Shown: positions 1-15,001, numbered from the stretch's first letter. The stretch: 64,000 nt of DNA from Anolis carolinensis (GCF_035594765.1 NC_085844.1:204864107-204928106), one strand, 5' to 3'. Numbers and translations are program-made. The notes: generated by a model not told the origin, from the sequence alone.

Positions 1-793
1 CAGAGCTAACATTAGTACTCAGTTACAATGACACTTCAAATCACATGTTTTATCTACATATACTGCAAGCACATGCTGTTATTGATTTTTATAGTCACTG
101 ATTTTATCAAATATTCTTTTGATATTTTAGCAATGATATTGTGATATGACCTGATATAAAGGGAGTCCCATGAGAGGGATAATATGAGTTGCAATGGGTG
201 ACACCAACCCTAGTGATGCCACTGGATGTATAATTGGTTTTAAATTAATGGTCATATCCAGCTGATGGTGGCAGAAGTTGAGGCCCACATGTGGAGCATA
301 TACTGATGAGCATCAAGTGACGTGTATGCCATCTAATGGACCTACAGTTCCATTAACAGGCATGAGGCCTACTGGAAAGACCTAGTTCAGAACATGTATC
401 ATTGCAAGCCACAGGCATTTTAACATGGGTACCTGTATTGCAGTAACATGGCATCCAGTATAAGGAGAGCACAAAGTAAGTGGAATATAACTGTTTCAGG
501 GATTATTTACACTATACTGTGCCAAAAAGTGTTCTGTGCCTTTGGACAATACTCTAAAATCTACCACTTATATAGATGCAAAACAGTTATTCCTGGTGCT
601 GAGAATCCACTTTAGTTTTAACAACTTAGGCAGTGACTTGGACCAGCTGATGATCAGGTTCACCCATGTGAGAATCTGGCAAGCAGCAGAAATGTTGGGA
701 GTTGTTGTGCTTGCACTTCACAAGGAGGGACAAACTAGAAGCATCCACTAGAGTTATAAATCTGGTAATAATGTCATCTATTTGGTGTGAGCC

Positions 794-971
794 TACAGGC
801 AGTCCCCAAGTTACAAACATCTGACTTACATCTGACTCATAGTTAAGAACCAGGGTGAAATATCTACCCCTCGGAAGAGAAATCCACTCCTGAAAGAGTT
901 ATCGTAGGGGAAAGGTGTTTCCACTGAAGCCTACAAAATCTATTGTGTTCGTAACTTCATGACTGCCTGTA
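794..971. mobile_element. Tc1/mariner-Tigger-type MITE, internally deleted (TIR CAGGCAGTCCCCAAGTTAC, TA TSD)
   Basis: TA-CAGGCAGTC...GACTGCCTG-TA. Same family at 17925, 34177 and 49936. Confidence 0.8.
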
Positions 972-2041
972 TAGGAGTCCAGGATCCTGTCTATCTGACC
1001 AGTGAATTAATTTTACAGGAACAATAATGAACACTTATGATAAGGTTATCTGCTGTAACAAAACAAAACCAAAGCAAATTGTAATCATTGCACATGCTCG
1101 AACTGAAGTAACATCTACACTTGGTTTTCCTTATTATTAATGGGATACAAAAATCTAGATACGAACTAGCTCTGGGCACCTCCATAAAGGAGCCCTGTTA
1201 AAGTAGCCACTAGCATCTGCATATTTCTCCTCCTCAGATTTTTTTTTAAAAAAAATCCCACTGGGCCCTAAATTGAAGTGGGCAGGAGAAGCGAAAGGCG
1301 AGGGGGGGGGGCTGTAAGTCAGTGAAAAAATTTGAAGGCCATAATTCTCTTGTGGCTTTCCACTAGCATACTAGGAGTTGGTCTAGTATAATTACATTGC
1401 GTAAGCCAGTATGCAATGTAAGCCAGTACCCACTTATGCAAAATTTTGCCAGAGCTTCACAGTGGCAACTAGATGACACCCAAGTGGAGCTGCAGCACAT
1501 ATTCCAATACGGAGGCATACCAAGAGGGCTTACTGTACTGTCACGCAAATGGATGCTTTTGTCCTCCCATTACAGCATCTTGATTTCCCCATATATGCAT
1601 TGGTGGGACTTTGTGCTCTGCTAGGTTCAAACACATTCTTTGCCTCTGAAAGTTTTGTGAAAGTTTCAAGTCTATTACACCACTAACAGGAAATGGTGTA
1701 CAGTCTCACCAAGAAGGGGCTAGGTTCTGATGTTAGATCCCCAAAACTGCAAGCTTTAATATTCAACTCTCAACACTGAAACCATGTGTGTTTTGTCAAA
1801 TGAAACTCCATGATCTTTCAGCTGCACATTTTCAAAAAGCTTTTTTTCCAATGGAAATTCCCCGCTGATAACACTGATCCGTTAAGCAGGCAGACCGAAA
1901 ATGTACTATCCAAAAAATCCTTATAAAGTGAACTATCCAGCTGTTTCTTTGCAGTAAAGTAAAGGGATTTAATTTGGTAGGAGGGGCAGGGGACTGCAAG
2001 AGCAATGAACTTCCATAAATCTCCTTTTGTATTTGTCTTAG

Positions 2042-2167
<126 letters not shown>

Positions 2168-2629
2168 TGAACATGTTAAAGGAGCCTTTCTAAATCAGAC
2201 ATCAAAACGGTCTGGTCTAGCTATGGATGTAATATCTTAACTTATTACAACTTCATACAGAATTAAAAATGCACCAAAGATGTTCTCCTCTGTATAAAGT
2301 GACAATAACGTTTTGGTCTGTCTCAGAAAGTGTGTGTGTATTTACAAGACTAGTTTTTGCTCACAATGTTCAATATTGAAAACTAGCAACTGCTACCTTT
2401 TTGCATTATTAAAAAGTAGGCATGTTGGAAAAAACATCTCTGCCTTTGTGAGCATTAGCCTGCTTTTTGGTATTGGGTTTTTCAAAAACAGGAAAAAAAA
2501 TACTGAGGCATTTGGGGGGGGGGGGGAGCACTTAATGTCACAATCTCCAAATGGAGGCGGAAAGTCCTGCATGGATTGGAAACTCAACAGCATTATCACT
2601 GTCTTTTTTCATCTTTTTTCCTTTTATTC

Positions 2630-3040
2630 TTTTCTTTTCCTTTTTCCAATTTGATTTGGGACTCAACGTTGCTTAAACGTGTCAAAACAAGCATAGCTAA
2701 AAACTAACAACATATAAAAGTTACAAATGTAATTAAACTAGTAAAAAAACCTATTAAAAACATAAACCATTAAAATGAAACAGCATATATGAAAATCAAG
2801 CTCATTATACAAAGCCTATTCCATTAAGCAAAACGTCTTCTAAGGCTTAAAAAGCCCACTTTACCAGCCTGCAGAAAATAGCAGGGTAGGCACACTGAGA
2901 AGAGGTTTACAGAGTCTGGAGGCAGCCACCAAAATGCCCTCTTGTGTTCCTACCAGATATAGCTATAGAGGTAGTGGGATGGAGAGAACGGCCTCCTCAG
3001 AAGATCTGAAAACATTGTCAGGTTTACATGGCATGCTGTG
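2630..3040 (-). mobile_element. Old L2-like 3' fragment
   Basis: Degenerate similarity to the L2 at 57500-58065 (GCAGCCACCAAAATGCCCTCT...GGCCTCCTCAGAAGATCT). Confidence 0.5.
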
Positions 3041-3209
3041 GTATAGCATCTCTTAACTGTGAACAAAAACTTGACAAAAATCTTCACCTCCTCAAGCAGT
3101 GGAGGCCAATGGGCCTCACATCAGTAGGTCTGTGGATCTGCTGTGGTTTGTAGCACCTTGGAGAGATCCTTTGAGGCTCAAATTAAAACCCAGAATAGAT
3201 TTACCATCC

Positions 3210-3893
3210 AAGGGTGCATCCGGAGAGTCCCTTTAATGTGGGATTTCCCACCACAAAAAGGAGGCTGTCCAGATGACGTCTTTGGAAAACACGAATTAAT
3301 TTGCCACAAACCAGGAAAAATTTGCCACAAACCAGGAAAACCCTGGTTTGTGGCGAATTAATTTGTTAGTGGGTTTATTCCAGGAAGGCACAGGATAAAT
3401 CCACTACTTCTGCTGTCTGGACTGCTCCCTCAAAAGTTCCGGACTTTTGAAGGGGCAATTCAGACAGTAGTCTGAATCAACCTGGAAAACTGCAAGGGCA
3501 CCAACCAACCCCCAAAACCCCTCACAAAACCCTAAAAAATAAAAAAGAAACTCACCAGGAGCCATTTGGTTTCTCTTCCTATCTGATGGAACATACCAAT
3601 GATGCCCAAATAAAGAGGGGGGGGGCGAAAACACTCCTGGACACCCTATGTTTTGGGGCATCATTGGTATGTTCCCTCAGGTAGGAAGAGAAACCAAATG
3701 GCTCCCCGTGAGTTTTATTTTTATTTTTAAGAGGTCTTTTGGGAGAGTGACCACATGTCACCCCAGGATTTTATGTGGACAGCCAAAGGGGGAAGCCCAT
3801 TTTTTCCCCTGCCTGTGTGGATTTAAACCCCCTTTGGAGTGGGTTTCTTAAACCCGCTCTGAAGTGGGTTTAATGTATGTGTGGAACCGCCCC
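3210..3893. mobile_element. Fold-back/MITE-like element with nested inverted repeats
   Basis: IR 3543-3610 versus 3651-3720, a hairpin at 3293-3365 with a tandem 20-mer duplication, and further small palindromes at 3817-3872. Confidence 0.55.
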
Positions 3894-6800
3894 ATGACTC
3901 ATGGGAACCACCAGCCACTACTAAGGCCAGTGTTGTTTCCCACAGTGGCCAAGTAGACCAGAGATGTGAGAAAATAGCCATTTCCCACTGTTGCTCAACC
4001 ATAACATATGTTTAACAGCATTCCATCTCTAAACCTACAGCTTGCTCAAGTAGTCATCATGGAACCATGATGTGAGTGGTTCTGTGAGTGGCCTTCATGA
4101 ATTTGTCTTAGACAATTCTGAGAATGGCACCTTTATATATGTTTGGACTTCAACTCTCAAGATCCTACAGATAGCCTTGCCACTGGTCAGGTTGCCTGGG
4201 GACTATGGGAGTTTTGGTCCTATCATCTGATGAATGCCAGACTGGGAGAATGTTGGTTCAGACCTGCTTTTAAGCTGTCTAAACTGTAACAGGCACTCTA
4301 TCCCACTCTATTTGTTCTATGAGATATTTCTTTTTGCATGACTAAATCATTGCTTTTTCACTACCAGCTGGATGCTGAATTATTATGATAGCTCCAGGGT
4401 GGCAATTAAGGGAGTGCTTTATTCTCCATAACTATTTCACAGTCTTTGTCTCTGCGGGCAAGATCTTAAGTATGTTTATTCATGTGCCTTAGAAGGCGTG
4501 CTTAGAATTGCAGTCTTTTTCCAGTCAAAGCCCTCTCACTCACTGGACCTATTTGTGCACTTGCACTTTGCTACTCCAATGAAAAATAAAATAAGTATAT
4601 TTCTGACCCCTCAGGGACAAAAAGAGCCAGCCTATTCCTTTGTCAGTCATGGGCACTGTCCCTGCTATGGTCTTTCATTTTATTAGAAGGAACACTATTA
4701 AGAAAAATATTTCCCCCTAAAGATCCCTTCCACTTAGGGAAGCTTTTACTCCTTCCTTTTACTGAATTTAAGTTTTACGTGTATCTTTAAATTGCCTGCC
4801 AACTTATGACATTTTTAGAGTTAGGCAAGTAACACTCAGATGTGGTTTTACCTGTTAAAATCATAGCAAATATTCTTGTCATCGGTGAAAAAAGAATATA
4901 TCAACACTTTGGGACACTCCACTAAGAACATCCTTGCCTACTCTTCAACTACCCTGATTTGATGAGGGATTAATCCTCTGTTATCCCACTTTTTCATGAT
5001 GTCCTATTTCTTGCTAGTCCTCCCACTTTCCTTCTTTCTCCTCAACCTATTTCAGTTGCTGCAAACTGATCTCAAAGTGCAAAAGTGTTTTACATTTAGT
5101 TAACAAACAGTGGGGAGAGAAGAAGTGCCAGATTCCCCAAAAGACTCAGGCAAAGGCAAACTGCTGCAGAATCTCCTAGCTTGTCTATTCTTCTTCATTA
5201 ATAACTTTGCCATTTTAACCACATTCTGATGTCACTTGGCCACATATATCTGGGTTTTCATATGTGAAATGTTGAAAAAATCCTTGAGGATTTTTTTGCA
5301 AAAATAATGTTCGGCAGATAAAACAATTCATTTTATACAGAATACACTGCTTTCTGTGCAAAAAATGTTGTCTGCCCAACCAGTATTAAGATGATGTTAG
5401 CTGAAATTTGTATTATTATGGTCCATGGAAAGGGAATAAGACAGACTTAGAAACTTTTGAATATTGCCCAAGCATACCACTCAAGAAGGTGGGGGGGGGG
5501 GGGGGCAAAATGAGGGCACTGCTCCCAAATAGGAATTTTGCCCCCTCAAATTTAGTCACCAAATTTCTAGCATTCCAGAGTGAGACATTAAAATAGCTTA
5601 CATCTAGATATCCTATGTTTGTGTTCACATTCCCTTGGTAACCTTGCCTATGTCTTTTCTTTTGATGCCTAAACTCTATTTCTAAATGTCCGCTTAAACA
5701 TACTTCAATGCTAGAAATTTGGGACCTGAAGAAAAACAATATTTTGGTAAAGTGGAGAATTCTTACTGTCAAATTGCATTAATTCTTCAGTGCAGATGCA
5801 CCCTAAAACAACTTTCTATGCACAGCAGTACATTAAAGGGAACATGCAACACCATTGATTTAGTTGCAAACATTGTTGTACATTACCTTATCTCTGGAGT
5901 CGGAATGACATAACAATGTTATAGCAACATGTGGCAAATAAGAACATAGGACTACTTGAGCCTTAAATCACCATCTACAATTGTCCACAGTAATACTGCT
6001 GAGCAGACATAGCATTTCTGCAATGACGGGTGTCCTCTACAGTTATGTCTTTGCCTTATTTATTTAGTATTCTGCTATTCTCCCAACAATGGGCTCCAAG
6101 AGAGGATTATAACATGCTTAAAATCTAGAAACAGTTAGAAACATATTGTGAAAGATATTATGAGTCACAAGCTTCAGAAACTGGGAAAGCATGAGAGACA
6201 TGACAGTCTGTCACTGACCTTCCAAGTTCTGACATCTAAAATGATCAAATGAGCACTGCAGGGCCTAAGCCCAAAAATTCACAAGAGTAAGCAACTAAAT
6301 GCACAGATCACAGATCAATACATTTCCAACTAAGCTGCTTATCCCAAGAAGGAAAGTTCCTATCAATCTTTGTAACTTAAAAGCAACTATTAATTTTAAC
6401 CCAGGCAACTTTCAATAATACAAACATATAAAGTGAACCATATATACAAATTTATGAAGTGAACTGAAGATCAATATTTTGATATCTCTGCCATTTAAGT
6501 TTCCATTCGGCATTAAGTTTCCATTTAGTATTGATGCAAGAAATGTAGGAAAGGGGGGTTTAAATATTTTTATATTGGTGAACCTCAGTAAATTAAGTAG
6601 ATAATATGTTATTAAACATTATATCTTTTACATTGGCAGAAATAACATGGAGAGAATAGGGATTGGTTCCTCTGCCACAAAAAAGGATCTCAACATGTTC
6701 CAATAATAGCAAGAACATTCATGTGAAATGAAACCACCAGACCACAGAAGCCACATAAGTTAGCTAACACATTTTGGACCATTGAGATGCCACATGAAGA

Positions 6801-7862
6801 CTTCTTCCAAAAGTTGTCCTGGGATGAATATTTCTTCTTCCAGAATCCACTCTTCTTTTGATGTTCATTCTGGTGGCTAAACTTACAGATGTGTTTTAAT
6901 TTGTTGACAATAGTTAGTGTAGGAAACTTGTCTGCTCTCCCCTTTATTAGTTTAATGTTCATAATACAGTTAAGGATTCTGGAGGCAGCTGCTGTTCGCC
7001 TTATGTGTTGTAGGCAGGCACACACAGCTATCACAAGATTCAGGCTATAATCTCATTCTTTCCTTGCTCCATCTTTATTGTCATTCACCACAGACATGTT
7101 ACTGCAACCTGGTACTAAAAGTTTCCTCCTGATGTTGATGCTGGTTAAAAAAATATATCTCCCAACTAGATAAAGGACAAGAAGGAAAAGGGTGAGGAGA
7201 GTGGCCATAAAAGGATTGCAAAAAGGAGTGTTAACTAAAATGTGCTATATTCTGTTTTGTCAGGGAATTCGCAGAAACCCTTTTAACTATTGATGTAATA
7301 ACATTACATTTTCCTGAGTCATGAAGCATAGGAAATCTTTGGAAAAAAAATATTTTGATGAATAAAACTAGGATGGGGAACTACAGAAGGTCCTTCTGGG
7401 GCTTAATAAAGTCATACTTCTTAAGATATCTGATGGGTGTGGAAAGCTGCCTCATTCTTTTTCCAAATATACCAGGGACCAGAAACATGTTTATGCCCAT
7501 TGGCCATGATTGCTTCTTTTTCTTGGCAACTCCCCTTGGGCCAGCTATCAGTAGGTCACGGATTAGCTAACATCACTTTGGGTAGCACCCTAATCATGCC
7601 ACTTATTTTTGGTAATAAAAATAGATTTTATTTATTTCGGTTTGTTTATTTGGGATCGAGTTTTCCATCCTAAAAGACTGAGATGTTCTTTAAATTCAAA
7701 TATGCTGGTATGTAAGGCCATGCTTTTTGTCTTTGGCACTGATATTTATTTGGGCTCTCAGGTTGAAACAGGTACACCCCCCCCCCCACACACACACACA
7801 CACCAATTGCAATATAGATTCATCTGGTGTGAGGAAATTGTTGACTGATCAATCGGGAAAAC

Positions 7863-8045
7863 AGAATAATAGAACTAGAAGAGACCACAAGGGCCATCCA
7901 GCACAACCCCCTGCCATGCAGGAACAAACAACCAAAGCACCCCCAACAGCTGGCCATTTGGTCCCTGCTTAAAAACCTCCAGAGAAGAGTCCTCCAGCAG
8001 TGGCGGAGGAGGCAGCAGTTTCCATTGCCCAACATCTCTTACACA
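7863..8045 (-). mobile_element. CR1 LINE 3' end fragment
   Basis: Homologous to the CR1 ends at 49712-49937 and 56303-56476. Confidence 0.75.
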
Positions 8046-8309
8046 TATCTTGTTGTGTGCTGTTAGGGAGTAACCAGAACATTTTATAAAGAAACCAACC
8101 CTAAAAGCCCCCCAAAACCATAAAAAAATCAAACCCAGATTAAAATATGCAAACATCAAAGGCAGACCTAGTTCTGGAGATTGCACATATTATAATTCAA
8201 GTGGGTCTTATTTTTGAAATTAGGTAGAAATGCCATAACAAATTCTATTATGGTATAAAAAAGTTATCATCTATTAACTTGACTTAAAACAATTCTTTAC
8301 TCTCCTCAG

Positions 8310-8495
8310 GAAACCTAGATATGCTTATTCTGAATCATGTTGGCAGTTCCTACTTCAAATTTTTTGACAGTGATGTTGGGCATGTGCAAAAACTCCTGAA
8401 CATCAATTTTCTAAGCTATGTGAGCATGACAGTAGCAGCTCTTCCCATGTTGAAGAAAAGTGGAGGGAGCATTGTAGTAGTTTCATCTATGGCAG
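8310..8495 (+). CDS. HSD11B1: HSD11B1 internal coding exon (186 nt): (G)NLDMLILNH...VVVSSMAG
   Basis: Acceptor ctcctcag|GA, donor GCAG|gtgag, phase 1-1. SDR motifs LDMLILNH, INFLSY and the catalytic Ser segment VVVSSMAG. Confidence 0.96.
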
Positions 8496-11350
8496 GTGAG
8501 TATAAACTGCATGGAAGCAAGGAGTTGCATGTGTTGAATAATAAACCCATATATGATTGTACATGCAACAAGTTGCAGCTTCCAACTTTATGTAGACATA
8601 GATCCATTCTACCAAATGTACAGATTGTTGCATTTGATAATGAGATCACAACTTTAATGCTCTTAAGATGCAGCCCCCTGAAAAACAATCATAATCTTCA
8701 ATGCAGCTCAGATAAACATTCATGCTACTAAGCAACATCAAAGGTAACACATTTTTCAGAGCTGTGATTCTGAATCAAGGCCCTACAAAGTACAGACAAT
8801 ATACAATGTTTTATTTGTGTGTACACACAGAAAATCATAATCTTCAAAGCAGCTCTCAATAAATATTCATGCTACTTAGCAACATCAAGGTTAAGACCAA
8901 CCATGCAATAATGAGACCAGACATGGGAAGTTGGGTTAAATAAGTATGTCGATACTATTTAAATTGAACCTAAAAAGAATAAAAGAGGAGAGCACCCTGC
9001 TGTGGGTCAAGCTGAGGTGGTGTCTACTCCGAACTACTTCCTCATTCTTCCCTTGGGCAAAATGTATAAACTCTTGAGCACAATCCAATTAACCCAGATC
9101 ATTCATACCCAAGTTCCAGGACCTTACAAGTGAGAACATAACCCCTAGGTGAGCCTCAAGGGTAGACTCATTTCCAACCCATCTGGTCCCAGGTCTTATA
9201 ATTAAAGAGGTACAAAGAGGGGGGAGGGGAAATATTGGGCTTTAAATAGATTATCACCCACCCTTCCATATACTATGTTCAACCAACCTGCACAACATGC
9301 AAACTTCCATGCAGCTCGCCACATTAGCCCTCAAAGGAGTACCTTCCCTTGCAACACCTTTTGTCACTCTAGTCCAGGTCTATATTTTCAGAGCTGTAAT
9401 TCTGGTGTTATTTTTCTATATGGTATGCACAGTACATCTTTTGTGAGTTGTTTAGACATGTCAACACAATTATTCCATATCCTGTAGTATGTCTGGAATG
9501 ATTAACCCTGGTCACTTTCTGTGTTTGCGACATATTGCTATGTTTGCAGCCTAATTAGAAAAGTATCTTGTCTCAGAACAAGATACTATATTAGATGATT
9601 TTCCTACTGAAGATTACTAAGCTAAGGCCACTTCATAATATTGGGAGGAAGGGGGCAGATATTTTGCTCTTTGAAGTAAAAGCTAAGGTGGTGTGGCCAT
9701 ACCTCTGTTCCATAAACAGGCAGTGACTGTTTATGGGTAATTTTATTTCAACTTCTGTAATGTTGTGCCACATCTTTTTGGTGTGCGACAGGTTAAGAAG
9801 GCATACCTCTGTCATCTTAATGGGAACTGGGGATTATGATGCTCAGCATGAGGAGCTGCCCCTGATGCCCCCCAGCATTTGCACCTGTGCCAGTTACCTC
9901 ACTTTGTCTAATACAGAGGTATGATAGATCTGGGCTGCAATTTGTATCTGTTTCTTACACCCTCTGAGGGCAACGAAAAATGCAAAACAACAACACAGAA
10001 GAAGCAGAAAGCTTATGTCTTTAAAAAGAGAGAAACAGATTTGCAGGGTATACTTTGCCCAGCTCAGCCTAATGTTAGGATCAACCCTGGTGTGGGATTT
10101 ATCACAGTTGGGTTTAACAGTACCAGCTACAGCAAAAGTAGATTTCAAATTAACAGAATAGAATTAGATTAAGAAATGCCTCTTGAGCATCAAGGACTTT
10201 TCAGAATCAACAGCTTTCCCTTTTTAAGCATTCTTATCAGTACCATCTGAGATCTATGGCAGAACGCAACAAAGAGATGCTTACCAAACTATCAAGGGGA
10301 TTTAATCAGCTAAAGTGAAGGGAATTAATTTCTATGGCAAATCTCAGAATCTGAAGAGGTTTGAGGCTTATAGCCTGAAACAGATATGGGATAGTACTTC
10401 CATGGCTATGATGTGGAATCAAAAGGGCCCAATGGTAAAGAAACACATTTCATTTCCATTCAGATAATCTATGGCTTAGAACCATGTATAGAAATAAAAC
10501 TGGAATTTCCTTTTCATGGAACATTACACTGAGATTCCGTTTTACCTGGATGTTCTGGGTGCATACATATAAATTCCAATCTCTTCTAAAATTTCTAGTG
10601 TGAAGTATCTTGCCAGATCACAACTCAGAGGCCCTGCCTGTCCCTTTCAACTTTCTCAGTGTTCAGTACTGGCCCTGTCTTTTCCTTTTTCACTTGCTAT
10701 GAGGCAAACCCTTGAGTTCTATTTGCTACAGTAAATAGGAGAGGCTGTCTCAGAACATTTATAGAAAACCGTGTGTGTTAATTAAGAATTATGTTCCACC
10801 AAGTTAAATATGACTTATTTCCAATGAAATAAATATGTATAGAATTGGGCCACTAACAGACTGGCATAATTTCTGAGTTGTAACATGGGCACCCTCACTA
10901 GGCACACAAGACTAAGCTTCTAAAAATTGTGATTATGTACAAGTTTTATTGCATTTGGTGACAGCATCTACTCCTATGTCTATGGGCTGGTGAATCTGTT
11001 CTAATTCAAACTAAATCAGCTATTCAGGGTGATGAGTCTATGCAGTCAATATGGTTCAGGACCTTGGAAAGCTCATTTGAAATTCAAACAAAAATCTTGT
11101 TGAAATTGAATACAATAGCCGATAGTATTCATTCAAAATTCTACACAGTCTATAAGAATAGTGCTCTATCACTGCTAACACCCCCAAATCTCTTTCTTGC
11201 CAATTTTTCTCTCATTCATATGTACTAATATCAATTCATCTTGAAAAACTTAAAAGGTATGTAACATATGTTTTTTAACTTTATCACTCAAGTAGCATCT
11301 CATGTTCAGATTTTGAACACCCAAATTATATAAAAACAAGTTATAAATAA

Positions 11351-11767
<417 letters not shown>

Positions 11768-12086
11768 TAAAATAGCAGCTGAGAAGCAATACTGACTTAC
11801 ATTCTTCTGAAGCAGGGATTGCTTATAAATTATTCTGAGAGAGATGTGTGTTGATCCTGGTGAAACAAGATGTGGGAAATTTCTCCTGAAAAGATCATGT
11901 AAGCTTTTACAATGATGATGAAAGGTTATTTGTAACTCAAAAGCACCTGCCATGACCAGCAGACTATAAAGTAGCCTCCCAAATGAGATTGTTAACTTGG
12001 CATGGTGATCGGGGGCAGTGGGCTTTGCAGTCCAAACACATTTGGAAGACACCATGTTGAAGAAGTCTGTCACAGTTTATTTAAAA

Positions 12087-12936
12087 CTAGCTGTACCCGG
12101 CCACGCGTTGCTGTGGCCCAGTCTGGCTAAATGGGAAAGAAAGGATAGAGAAAGAGGTTTCAGATATATGTGATTTCACAATGCTTGTGGATATGCGATA
12201 TTTTTGGTTGATCCACTGTCTGTGCAGATTTAGAGATTGTGTGGTTTGCTGACTCTGAAACACACAACATATTATTGTCCATGTGAGTTGCAAGCAGGGG
12301 GCATGGCCCCTTGAAATGGGCAGGGCCTGATTGGATAAGGACTACTTTCCCTGGCAGAGGTATACAGTGAGAGAAAGGAAGACGAGGAAATTGAAAGAGA
12401 AAAAACCCAACAGCGTTACAAAATGGCAGCACTCGGGAGATAGAACAATAAGGCCCAGGGCAGTGTCCAATAAGAAGCCAGGATTCCTTAGAGCGGCAAG
12501 CATGCAGTCCAGTCAGCGGCGTCTCCCTCTCCTTAGCCCCCCCCCCCCTTCGCCTAACCCTGTGAAGCGTTGCTGAGCAGGAGGCTGCTGCCGGCTATGC
12601 TTTTTTTTTAACGTCTCTTGCTCGTGACATTTTTTTCCTTTTTTTAATGTAACCTAAGAAAGCCCTTCCTCTGTCATTTCTCCCTCCCTTCCTCTGTCAT
12701 GGAGGTGTGGCTTCTGCAGAGGGATCCCCCTTTCTGAGGAAGTGGTGAGGCCTTGCTGCATGTCTTCTGTAAATTTATCTGTCTCAGGTGTGTCATTTGT
12801 GTGGTGTGACTAGCTTAAAGCACTCGCTTGTTCATATGCTGCATTGTGTCAAAATTTCGTAACAATCGGTGAAGTGGTTTGGGAGATATGATGTCTGTCA
12901 TGAATGGACATTTATATTTTTATTTATATAGGTAGA
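12087..12936 (-). mobile_element. Non-autonomous Helitron in the last HSD11B1 intron
   Basis: On -, starts TC(TACCTATATAAATAAAA) and ends with the hairpin GGCCACAGCAACGCGTGGCC followed by CTAG-T. No TSD. Confidence 0.8.
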
Positions 12937-13388
12937 GAGAGCAACTCTGCACTGAACTGCATTCTGATTAACACAGGAAACATACAACCTGTTTCCCAGC
13001 ATGTTCCATACAGTTTTAAAAGATGTATTTCCAAGCCTGGTGACTTAATATCAAGCTTCTCTTCATTCAAACTGCAGAATCCTTGTAAGATCATTGAAAG
13101 GTCACTAAAAATGGACCAAAACACTTACCTCCAAATACATGACAATTCTTTAAACAATAATTTCTACTTATTTTGTGCACAAATTACAGGTTTCTGGTTA
13201 TCTATAATTATTACACCAAGCCAGGTCTCACCAATAGATATGTTTCTGGCATCAGCTATGATTATTACTGCTGTTTTGCTTCTCTTCTCCTGACATCAGG
13301 CCCATTGCAATCAAAGCAGGGAATAAAAAGGGGTGTTGGATCTGAATGGGTAAAGCCTGCACATGGTAGCTTATGTTCTTTGTACATA

Positions 13389-13710
13389 AAGGTAAATGTA
13401 AAGGTTTCCCCTGACGTTAAGTCCAGTCGTGACCAACTCTGGGGGTTGGTGCTCATCTCCATTTCTAAGTCAAAGAGCCGGCGTTGTCCATAGACACTTC
13501 CAAGGTCATGTGGTCGGCATGACTGCATGGAGCGTCGTTACCTTCCCACCGGAGCGGTACCTATTCATCTACTCACACTGGCATGTTTTCGAACTGCTAG
13601 GTTGGCAGGAGCTGGAGTTAACAGTGGCCGCTCACGCCGTTCCCGGGGTTTGAACCTGGGACCTTTCGGTCTCCAGCTCAGTGCTTTAACACGCTTCTCC
13701 ACTGGGGCTC
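13389..13710 (-). mobile_element. Sauria SINE, full length
   Basis: (ACCTTT)n-type tail and TSD CTTTGTACATA at 13378-13388 and 13711-13721. Confidence 0.9.
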
Positions 13711-14780
13711 CTTTGTACATACACACACTTTTATCCTATGTGAGACTAGAGGGGTTTTGTGGGATGCATTCTCTCAAGAAAGCTTCAGAGACTACCTCCT
13801 TCCAGATATCACAGCCAAATGTCCTGCAGAAATGTCAGTGATGAACACAGGAAACATCTTGCTCCAGACAGATTATTGATGGGCATAGAGCACTCAAGGA
13901 AAGCCCTGTTTCCTATCAGAATCGCTGCATTTTCAAACAGCCATTAAGTAGTACTAGTAGTAATGATGGGTACTCTTAAGGCAGTTCAAACAACGAACCA
14001 GGCCTGTATTGCTCTCCTCTACATTATCATTACAAATACACATCGAACAACTTATATAACTGTTTCTGCAAGCATGATATTAAAGAGTGAAACAGATTGG
14101 ATACTTGTGCAAGGTTTTTGCATGTGGCACATACTTTGGCTAGCACGGGGGGGGGGGGGGAATGAATCTGTGACCCACCAGATGTTTGACTACAAACGTC
14201 ATTAGCCCCAAGAAAAATGATCCCATGATAAAAGATTTTGGGGAGAGCAGTCCAAAAGATCTGAAGATTCCCAGATTCCTTACCTCAGTGGAAATGGGCC
14301 AAGACCACATTTGGAGCATGTTCACACCACACATATATAAGGTTGAGCAATGATGCTATATCAATTGTCATGGCAAAATTATCTGGATTCCTGGGGTTTG
14401 TAGTTTGGTGAGGCACTACAGTTCTCTAGCTCAGAATCCTAAGTCATCCTCCCTAAACTTCAAATCTTAAGATTTTATTTGATGTAACTATGATAATTTG
14501 AGTGGTGCAGAAGTACTATAATGACACCCCCTGTCCCCACAAATATTTAAGTGGCAGTACTTTGTAGAGACAAGTAATAAACTTCTGAAAATTACATCTA
14601 GGCTATTTAAGTTGGCAATTATGGTTTATTCATTACAACTGCATTTGTTTACCTAAGATTTAGTCTTACTGAACACACTGGGGTTTACTTCTGAGTAAGA
14701 AATCAGTACAAAAAAGCACTTAGCATTTGAATAACTAAGCAGGCAACACATACTAAATCAAGTTCTTTTTCTTTCCTTAG

Positions 14781-15001
14781 AAAGTGCAATGAAAGCCATT
14801 TCTGGCGTTTTTACATCTCCAGCAGCACCAAAGGAAGAATGTGCACTAGAAATTATTAAAGGTGGAGCCTTGCGTCAACGGGAGGTTTATTATGAATATA
14901 CATCTACAAAGATCCCTCTATTAATCAGAGAATGGGCTCCAGATCTTTTGGATTATCTCATCAGGAGGAGCTATAATATGGAAAAACTGAAAGAAGATTA
15001 A
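14781..15001 (+). CDS. HSD11B1: HSD11B1 last coding exon: (E)SAMKAISGVFTSPAAPKEECALEIIKGGALRQREVYY...KLKED*
   Basis: Acceptor ctttccttag|AA. PKEECALEIIKGGALRQxEVYY is characteristic of 11beta-HSD1. Stop TAA at 14999-15001. Confidence 0.96.

Noticed and set aside
3293-3365. Short direct repeats (also 8685-8895, 58060-58135, 62880-63011) as CRISPR-like arrays
   Set aside because: Only 2-4 imperfect copies with no spacer structure, in a vertebrate context. These are ordinary local duplications.
8496-8731. Extensions of track ORFs beyond real exons (8321..8731, 11447..11770, 41046..41513, 32998..33333)
   Set aside because: Intron read-through. Protein similarity stops at the canonical splice sites.
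13429-13841. Similar ORFs at 13429-13841 and 43894-44321 suggesting a gene family
   Set aside because: Antisense translations of Sauria SINE copies.
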